Source: Acaryochloris marina S15
Lineage (GTDB): Bacteria; Cyanobacteriota; Cyanobacteriia; Thermosynechococcales; Thermosynechococcaceae
Assembly (NCBI RefSeq): GCF_018336915.1
Contig: NZ_CP064923.1
Span: forward strand, 4,650,001-4,682,000
Reading direction: 5' to 3'
DNA: 32,000 nucleotides
The notes under the pieces are model-generated. The model had not been told where the DNA came from. It searched no databases and was given only the letters and a program-made list of their open reading frames with translations. Each line of letters starts with the position of its first letter. The stretch's first letter is position 1. The position numbers were made by a program, and so were the translations under genes. This document shows positions 19,515-26,034 of the stretch, piece by piece.

Positions 19515-20564
19515 ATGTTTTTTCTAACGATGAATACAACCTCGACCCTTTATCGCATCTTGGATGCCAATCTCGATCGCGCACGAGAAGGGTTGCGGGT
19601 AATTGAAGAATGGTGTCGATTTGGTCTAGAAAATTCCCAACTGAGCGCTCAGTGCAAACAGCTCCGTCAGGACTTGGCTAGCTGGCATCACCCCCCCTTG
19701 CGGATGGCCCGAGATACCCCCAATGATCCAGGCACACAGCTTACCCACCCCCAAGAGGCAGCCCGCACTGACTTACCAACGGTTGTGCAAGCCAACCTTT
19801 GCCGGGTGCAAGAAGCCCTGCGAGTGCTGGAAGAATATAGCAAGCTTTACGATACCAACATGGCCGCAGCCTGTAAGCAGATGCGCTATCAGGTGTATAC
19901 CCTAGACACTCAACTGCAACCTCGCCATCGATTGCAACAGTTACTCGATGCCCCCCTTTATTTAGTCACTTCCCCCAACAAACAGCTAGTCCCTGTCGTC
20001 GAAGCGGCATTGCAGGGAGGATTAAAGCTGGTTCAATACCGAGAGAAACAAGCAGATGACGAGCAACGTTTGGCCATTGCCCAGACCTTATGCCAGCTAT
20101 GCCATCAATATAATGCTCTGTTTATTGTTAATGATCGGATTGATATTGCTGTGGCCGTGGATGCCGATGGAGTCCACTTGGGGCAGCAGGACATGACCAT
20201 GGCGGTAGCTCGTCAAATGCTCGGGCCAGATAAGTTAGTGGGGCGCTCCACGACTAACCCTCAAGAAATGGATCGGGCCATCCAAGAGCAAGCAGACTAT
20301 ATTGGCGTCGGGCCTATTTATGCAACCCCCACTAAAGCAGACAAAGCGGCCGTCGGCCATGAGTACATCCACTATGCCAATCAACATGCGCCCATGCCCT
20401 ATTACGCTATCGGCGGCATTGATGAGACCAACCTAGAAGAAGTCTTGACCGCAGGTGCCCAACGAGTGGCCGTGGTGAGGGCGATTATGAATGCCCCTTC
20501 TCCGACCCAGGCTGTCCAACAGATGTTAAAACAGTTTTCGAAAACACCCACTCCCACCCCGTAG
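19515..20564 (+). CDS. thiE: thiamine-phosphate synthase with a cyanobacterial-type N-terminal extension
   Basis: The C-terminal ~205 aa are ThiE-like (LYLVTSP…VQYREK…FIVNDRIDIAVAVDADGVHLGQQD…IGVGPIYATPTK…AIGGI…GAQRVAVVRAI). The N-terminal ~140 aa are an internally duplicated helical module. An alternative start is ATG 19530. Confidence 0.9.
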   Translation: MFFLTMNTTSTLYRILDANLDRAREGLRVIEEWCRFGLENSQLSAQCKQLRQDLASWHHPPLRMARDTPNDPGTQLTHPQEAARTDLPTVVQANLCRVQEALRVLEEYSKLYDTNMAAACKQMRYQVYTLDTQLQPRHRLQQLLDAPLYLVTSPNKQLVPVVEAALQGGLKLVQYREKQADDEQRLAIAQTLCQLCHQYNALFIVNDRIDIAVAVDADGVHLGQQDMTMAVARQMLGPDKLVGRSTTNPQEMDRAIQEQADYIGVGPIYATPTKADKAAVGHEYIHYANQHAPMPYYAIGGIDETNLEEVLTAGAQRVAVVRAIMNAPSPTQAVQQMLKQFSKTPTPTP

Positions 20565-20706
20565 ACACAGCCTGAATATAGCCAACTTTGACCAAACCTA
20601 TTCTTCAGCTCCCCCATCAAGATTCAGGGTTGAGTTTTGATCTTGAACTTAATATATAGATAGAGACTTCACCCTATCGGATCGCTTTTGTGAATGATTC
20701 CTCTAA

Positions 20707-20916
20707 ATGAAAATGATTAATATCCAAGTCAATGGAGAACGACAAACCTGTTCACCCAGCATGGTATTGCCAGAATTTCTGGTACAGTTAAACCTCAATC
20801 CTCGCCTCGTGGCGGTAGAATACAATGGCGAAATTCTGCATCGACAGTTTTGGGAAACAACCCGCTTGCAGATGGGAGATCGTCTAGAAATCGTGACGAT
20901 TGTGGGGGGCGGCTAA
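20707..20916 (+). CDS. thiS: sulfur-carrier protein ThiS
   Basis: 69 aa with a ubiquitin-like ThiS pattern (VNGE…VAVEYNGEIL…L..GD.LEIVT.VGGG), ending in the diagnostic C-terminal GG. Confidence 0.9.
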   Translation: MKMINIQVNGERQTCSPSMVLPEFLVQLNLNPRLVAVEYNGEILHRQFWETTRLQMGDRLEIVTIVGGG

Positions 20917-21102
20917 ACCACCCGAATCTCAACACGATTTCGAGCAACGACTCTAAGTTCGAAAGTTGTCTTGGGGCATTTCTAAACCAGCTTAGGCCTG
21001 GGTTGCGAATTTGTATCAGAAATATTGGTCATTTGTCAATGCTTTACCCCAGCAATGTTGTTAAAATAAGTAACAGAGTTTAACAAAGGCAATCATCAGG
21101 TT

Positions 21103-22266
21103 ATGGGCCGTGTCGGTGTTCTATTACTGAATCTAGGGGGACCAGAGCAGCTAAAGGATGTACGTCCTTTTTTGTATAACCTGTTTGCTGATCCAGAAAT
21201 TTTACGGCTGCCATTTGCTTGGATGCAAAAGCCTTTTGCCGGGTTTATTTCCACCCTGCGGGCCCGGACGTCTCGGGACAACTATCGGCAAATCGGTGGT
21301 GGTTCCCCATTACGACGAATCACAGAAGCCCAAGCCCACGCGCTCCAAGATGACTTGCAGGCTAAGGGATGTGATGCTCAGGTTTATATCGGCATGCGTT
21401 ACTGGCATCCTTTTACCGAAGAGGCTGTTGCCCGTATCAAACGAGATGGGATTGAAGAGCTGGTCATTCTGCCGCTCTATCCTCAGTTTTCGATCAGTAC
21501 TAGCGGTTCGAGTATCCGGTTATTGGAGAAGATCTGGTCTGAAGACCCAGAATTACAGAAGATTAAGTACACTGTCATCTCTTCGTGGCATGATCGCCCT
21601 GGCTATGTGCAGGTCATGGCTGACTTTTTGCGCCAAGAGCTGGATCAGTTTGCCAATCCTGAGCAAACCACTGTATTTTTTAGTGCCCATGGTGTCCCCC
21701 TCAGCTATGTAACTGAATCGGGTGATCCCTACCAGCAAGAGATTGAGGCCAGTACTCAGCTGATTATGGAGGCGTTAGAACGCCCCAACCCCCATATTTT
21801 GGCTTATCAAAGTCGAGTGGGGCCGATGGAGTGGTTACGCCCCTACACCACAAATGTGATTGCGCATTTGGGTCAGCAGGGGGTTAAAGATTTAGTGGTG
21901 GTGCCTATTAGCTTTATCTCAGAGCATATCGAAACGCTCCAAGAGATCGATATGGAATACCGGCATTTAGCGCTCGAATCAGGCATTGAAAATTTTCGCC
22001 GGATGCCAGCCGTCAATATACATCCAGACTTTATCGATACCCTCAGTGAGATGGTGCTGGAATATCTAGACAAGCCCTCTTTAAGATTCTCTCAAGTCTT
22101 CCGACCTCAGAAAAAAATTAAGCTGTATCCCCAAGAGCGTTGGGAATGGGGGATGACGACCACGGCTGAACGCTGGAATGGTCGCTTCGCGATGGTCGGC
22201 TTTATTGCCCTACTGGTTGAACTGATCAGTGGCTATGGTCCCCTGCATTTAGCGGGGCTACTCTAG
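21103..22266 (+). CDS. hemH: ferrochelatase with a C-terminal CAB (chlorophyll a/b-binding-like) helix
   Basis: [15 protein letters not shown]…, YPQFS.STSGSS, SAHG.P… and FISEHIETL are ferrochelatase motifs. The C-terminal [22 protein letters not shown] is the Hlip/CAB motif typical of cyanobacterial and plastid enzymes. Confidence 0.97.
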   Translation: MGRVGVLLLNLGGPEQLKDVRPFLYNLFADPEILRLPFAWMQKPFAGFISTLRARTSRDNYRQIGGGSPLRRITEAQAHALQDDLQAKGCDAQVYIGMRYWHPFTEEAVARIKRDGIEELVILPLYPQFSISTSGSSIRLLEKIWSEDPELQKIKYTVISSWHDRPGYVQVMADFLRQELDQFANPEQTTVFFSAHGVPLSYVTESGDPYQQEIEASTQLIMEALERPNPHILAYQSRVGPMEWLRPYTTNVIAHLGQQGVKDLVVVPISFISEHIETLQEIDMEYRHLALESGIENFRRMPAVNIHPDFIDTLSEMVLEYLDKPSLRFSQVFRPQKKIKLYPQERWEWGMTTTAERWNGRFAMVGFIALLVELISGYGPLHLAGLL

Positions 22267-24095
22267 CTTTGCTTTTTAGACAGTTCGGCTTTCCATAATT
22301 TGTGCCAGTGATTGCGCACAGCACGATTGGCATCGTACATGGTCGAGTATCGTGATTGGATATTAAATTGGCACATCTGGGCAAAAATCTGAATTGTTGC
22401 CTGATGGAGTTCGACCATTTCTGGATCGGTCTCTGAGGCTGATGGTTGCAAAGCTTGTAAAAAGGTTTTGCCAATCACATATTGGTCTGTTTCAGGTTTA
22501 AAGGTCCCGTAGCTGATTTCTGGGGCTAAGACATCCCCTTGATCCTGAAGCAATTTTTGATATTGCGGAAATTGAACACTCAGCTTACTGAGAATACGGG
22601 GGACAACACCATAGTCAATCAGGACTAATTTTTTACCTTTTTCATTGGGCTGCAAGAAGCAATCAGGATGAGGATGACTATGCACCAAATCGGCCTGATG
22701 CAGGATTTCAATAATCGTTAAGACCTCATCCGCAAATTTGCAGGTCATGCGGGGATTTAAGGGAGCATGAGATACCAATACTTTGCTTAGCATTGTCCCT
22801 TCGATATGTTCATGAACGATATGAAGGACTTCACTATCTTGTAAGAAGCTGAGTACCGGGAGACATTGCAGATGGGGAGCCAGCTGTTTCAAAGTCGCCA
22901 TTTCGGCTAAAAACAGCTCTTGCACAGCCTGTAAAACTTCTGGGCTATTGGTGTCTAACCGAAAGGTATGAACAATTCGTAGGGGGGTATCCAGCTCTTG
23001 TAGATCTTGGGCGATGGCAGTTTGTCCGAAGGCATGCTTACTGATGACTTCAACCAACCGAAAGTGCTCATCCCAAAATGAGGGCTGAGGTGCTGCTGCG
23101 ACGGTAGATTCCAACAACTGCTGTCGGGCAACTGCCGAAGCATCACGGGTTTTGAGATGACTTTGAATACGAGCCAAAGCAATAGGTAAATCAATCGGCT
23201 TCGTGATGTAATCGTTAGCTCCTAATTCTAGGGCTTCGACCACATTTTCACTGGCATCCTTGGCGGTCGCCATAATCACCGGTAGCTCTTCTTGGGAATA
23301 GGTCTGCCGAATGCGCTTCAGGGTTTCGATCCCGCCAATACCTGGCATCATAATATCCAGCAATACCAGGGTAATCTCGGTGGTGGCAATGAGTTCCAAT
23401 GCGGCTTCACCACTATCTGCTAGGGCAACTTCATAGCCCTTCCGCTGTAAACGCCGACTCAACATATCCCGGTTAGCCTCGACATCATCTACGACTAAGA
23501 GTTTATGAGTCGTGGGCTCAGAAACAGGCTTTGGGGGAGGAGAGGAAGGTAGGGATGACGGAGTACTCGCAACGAGGGGAGTCCCCTCACGTCCTTCTTG
23601 ATGCACCTCGGATGGAGATGTTCTAGCCGCAGCGGTGACTAACTGTTCTGAGGGTGGAGCAGCGGGGGTCACTACAGCTGCGGGTGTCGCCTGTGCCACA
23701 GATTCGACTGGGCGTGGGGATTGTTCTGGAGTCCCTTGCAATAAGGTTTCAATTTTCTGCAGCAACCGTTTGAGATCAACGGGCTTAGTATCGTAATCAT
23801 CACACCCTGCCGATAAGGCTTCTTCTCGATCACCTACCATGGCATGGGCTGTGAGGGCAATAATCGGAATAGCGGCTGTTTGTTCCCCGGCTTTGAGAGT
23901 CCTAGTCGCTTCCCAGCCATTCATCACTGGCAAACTCATATCCATCAGAATGAGATCGGGCTGCTCTGTGAGAGCCTTCGTGACGCCTTCGCCCCCATCA
24001 ACTGCAATCACAACATCATAGCCCCGACGCTTTAATCGGCGTCCGAGCATATCGCGATTAAGTTCATTATCTTCAACTAATAGAATTTTCGGCAT
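22263..24095 (-). CDS. dual-receiver response regulator with a C-terminal degenerate Ser/Thr protein-kinase-like (pseudokinase) domain
   Basis: REC1 spans residues ~3-120 (acceptor Asp in LILMDMSLP; TKP). A Pro/Ala/Ser linker follows. REC2 spans residues ~198-315 (LLDIMMP; TKP). Residues ~345-600 align by eye to the Hanks kinase fold, but the catalytic Lys, HRD Asp and Gly-loop positions are replaced. Confidence 0.85.
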   Translation of the reverse strand: MPKILLVEDNELNRDMLGRRLKRRGYDVVIAVDGGEGVTKALTEQPDLILMDMSLPVMNGWEATRTLKAGEQTAAIPIIALTAHAMVGDREEALSAGCDDYDTKPVDLKRLLQKIETLLQGTPEQSPRPVESVAQATPAAVVTPAAPPSEQLVTAAARTSPSEVHQEGREGTPLVASTPSSLPSSPPPKPVSEPTTHKLLVVDDVEANRDMLSRRLQRKGYEVALADSGEAALELIATTEITLVLLDIMMPGIGGIETLKRIRQTYSQEELPVIMATAKDASENVVEALELGANDYITKPIDLPIALARIQSHLKTRDASAVARQQLLESTVAAAPQPSFWDEHFRLVEVISKHAFGQTAIAQDLQELDTPLRIVHTFRLDTNSPEVLQAVQELFLAEMATLKQLAPHLQCLPVLSFLQDSEVLHIVHEHIEGTMLSKVLVSHAPLNPRMTCKFADEVLTIIEILHQADLVHSHPHPDCFLQPNEKGKKLVLIDYGVVPRILSKLSVQFPQYQKLLQDQGDVLAPEISYGTFKPETDQYVIGKTFLQALQPSASETDPEMVELHQATIQIFAQMCQFNIQSRYSTMYDANRAVRNHWHKLWKAELSKKQS

Positions 24096-24141
24096 GAATG
24101 ATGACCTCTCTAATCCCTGAGGTGTGTACGTATTGGCTCGA

Positions 24142-24594
24142 TTAACTGGCCTTAGGCTTAACTAAAATGGCATCACCCTCTACTTTGACGTCATAGCTTT
24201 CTAGAGGATCAGAGGCAGGCCCTTTAACGACCGCTCCATCCGGTTTATAAGTGGAACCATGACAAGCACAAAAAATATCTTGTGAGTCTTGCTTCCAATC
24301 TACGGGGCAACCCTGATGGGTACAAGTCGGATTGAGAGCATGGAGGGTGTCTGAGCTTTTTGAATCTCGGACAACTAGTACTTTTTGGTTCCCTTTCAAG
24401 GTCTGCAGAATGCGACCATTTTGATCTAAGTCTTGGGTCTGACCCACCTTGATAAACCCATCAGGGGTCGTTTCAGTTTTAGGAGCTGGGGTTGGGGAGG
24501 TTGAAGACTGTTGCGTACAGGCGCCAATCACAACGGAGACGACTCCTGAAATCCAACTTAAGGTCAACCATGACAGAACTTTTCGGCGGTTCAT
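24142..24594 (-). CDS. small Rieske [2Fe-2S] protein, predicted Tat-exported lipoprotein (PetC3-like)
   Basis: 150 aa. Rieske boxes CTHQGC (C91/H93/C96) and CACHGS (C109/C111/H112). The N-terminus MNRRKVLSWLTL…VVIGAC combines a twin-Arg motif, a hydrophobic region and a lipobox-like IGAC. Confidence 0.9.
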   Translation of the reverse strand: MNRRKVLSWLTLSWISGVVSVVIGACTQQSSTSPTPAPKTETTPDGFIKVGQTQDLDQNGRILQTLKGNQKVLVVRDSKSSDTLHALNPTCTHQGCPVDWKQDSQDIFCACHGSTYKPDGAVVKGPASDPLESYDVKVEGDAILVKPKAS

Positions 24595-24814
24595 ACTGAA
24601 ATCTTAAGGAACGAGATCCACAATAGTTTACTAGCTGATGGAAGATTCCCCAGAAAAACATGAGGGAATAAGTGCATGCAGACTAGAACTAGCTTGCCCA
24701 GAATAAGGTTATAAACTGAACTACAAAAACATTTGTTTGACGACAAAAAAAGGCTAAGAATAGACCTTAAGCACTGATATACATAGGATGGATGGGGGTA
24801 TTGAGCTTATTTCA

Positions 24815-24843
24815 AGGAATTAGCTTTTCTCTCATGAATTCCT
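24815..24843. repeat. 7-bp inverted repeat AGGAATT-N15-AATTCCT in the divergent control region
   Basis: Read directly: arms at 24815-24821 and 24837-24843. It lies between the Rieske and peroxidase gene starts. Function unknown. Confidence 0.4.
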
Positions 24844-25012
24844 GTTATTACGATATTTTTGTTTACAAATATATTGTTGAGAGAGACCCAGATTTGGGCA
24901 AACTAAGGATTGAAGGCAGAGTGCAACCATTGTTCTCGATAGTCTTCTTTAATACTCATGTAAAAAATGCATCGATGGTCAGACAAATGCTATCTCCAGG
25001 AGGGTCTTGGGC

Positions 25013-26032
25013 GTGAACAGACTGTTAAAAAAACGCCATCTAGTCTTGATTGTTTTGTTCGCGGTGGCATCGCTACTGTCATTACAATTGGCACGGATGA
25101 CTGAGCAACCTGTGATTGCCAAACTGGGGCCACCCGTTACGGCTGCTGGTGATGAGCCAATTGAACCGATCCCGATGCAGGTTTCCTTAAATATGGAAAA
25201 AGTGGTTTTGGGTAAGCAGCTGTTCCATGATCCGAAACTTTCTAAGACGAACAATATTTCTTGTGCCAGCTGCCATGACTTATCGATGGGTGGCACCGAT
25301 CGCCTACCGGTCTCCATCGGTATTAACGGTGAAAAGGGGACGATTAATTCCCCCACGGTCTTCAATAACAGCTTTCACTTTAAGCAATTTTGGGATGGCC
25401 GAGCCTCAAGCTTGGAAGAGCAAATCGAGGGGCCTGTCCATGCGGGCAATGAGATGGGATCGAGTTGGCCTGAGATTATTGGCAAGCTGAAGCAGTCGCC
25501 TGAATATGTGAATGCTTTTAACGAGCTCTATGACAGCGATATTTCTGCTGACCATATCAAGGATGCGATCGCAACTTTCGAACGCTCCCTCTACACCCCC
25601 AACTCTAAATTTGACCAATTCCTTCGGGGCAATGCTGACGCCTTAAGCAAAGACGAGAAAGAAGGCTATCGACGCTTTAAAGGCTATGGCTGTGTCGCCT
25701 GTCACCAGGGCGTGCTGCTCGGCGGCAATATGTATCAGAAATTTGGGGTTTTTGGTGACTACATCAAAGATCGCGGGGACGAAACCAAAGCGGATCTGGG
25801 ACGCTACAACGTCACCGGCAAAGAAGACGACCGCTACATGTTTAAGGTACCAAGCTTAAGAAATATCGCCTTAACGGCTCCCTATTTTCATGATGGGTCC
25901 TCTAAAACCCTAGATGAAGCCGTCAAAATCATGGTCAAATATCAACTCGGTCGCGAGGCAGATCAAGAAGACGTTGACCTAATTATCAAGTTCTTAAATA
26001 CCTTAAACGGTGAAATTAAAGAGGTCGCCTAA
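25013..26032 (+). CDS. di-haem cytochrome c peroxidase / MauG-family protein (periplasmic)
   Basis: Two CxxCH sites, CASCH at 25262-25276 and CVACH at 25691-25705, plus family motifs FKVPSLRN and APYFHDGS..TL.EAV. The N-terminus is a signal or anchor helix. The track start is TTG 25007. GTG 25013 sits 9 nt after AGGAGG (24998-25003) and looks better, so the start is uncertain by 6 nt. Confidence 0.92.
   Translation: MNRLLKKRHLVLIVLFAVASLLSLQLARMTEQPVIAKLGPPVTAAGDEPIEPIPMQVSLNMEKVVLGKQLFHDPKLSKTNNISCASCHDLSMGGTDRLPVSIGINGEKGTINSPTVFNNSFHFKQFWDGRASSLEEQIEGPVHAGNEMGSSWPEIIGKLKQSPEYVNAFNELYDSDISADHIKDAIATFERSLYTPNSKFDQFLRGNADALSKDEKEGYRRFKGYGCVACHQGVLLGGNMYQKFGVFGDYIKDRGDETKADLGRYNVTGKEDDRYMFKVPSLRNIALTAPYFHDGSSKTLDEAVKIMVKYQLGREADQEDVDLIIKFLNTLNGEIKEVA
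25565..25572. repeat. HIP1 octamer
   Basis: exact GCGATCGC. Confidence 0.95.
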
Positions 26033-26034
26033 TG
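26030..26034 (+). other. TAATG stop/start overlap (translational coupling junction) between the peroxidase-like gene and the histidine kinase
   Basis: TAA at 26030-26032 and ATG at 26032-26034 share one nucleotide, read directly from the sequence. Confidence 0.9.

Noticed and set aside
21158-21712. 184-aa alternative-frame ORF within hemH, and similar internal or antisense ORFs in glyA, the GT4 gene, clpC, the ABC-F gene and the kinase (for example 308-532, 1718-2191, 10575-10904, 27676-27975)
   Set aside because: All lie within genes whose primary frame has strong family motifs. None has independent support.
21103-24095. Functional link between hemH (haem synthesis) and the adjacent haem-protein signalling cluster
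   Set aside because: The genes are convergent and therefore not co-transcribed, and hemH is a universal housekeeping gene. Adjacency alone is not evidence.
24792-25016. 74-aa ORF inside the divergent spacer of the signalling cluster
   Set aside because: It has AT-rich, atypical composition and no SD, and it runs into the peroxidase start. It is more likely promoter or 5'-UTR sequence, and I cannot support it as a gene.
24979-25365. 128-aa antisense ORF over the 5' end of the peroxidase-family gene
   Set aside because: The plus-strand frame carries unmistakable CxxCH and CCP-family motifs. The antisense frame has no recognisable features.
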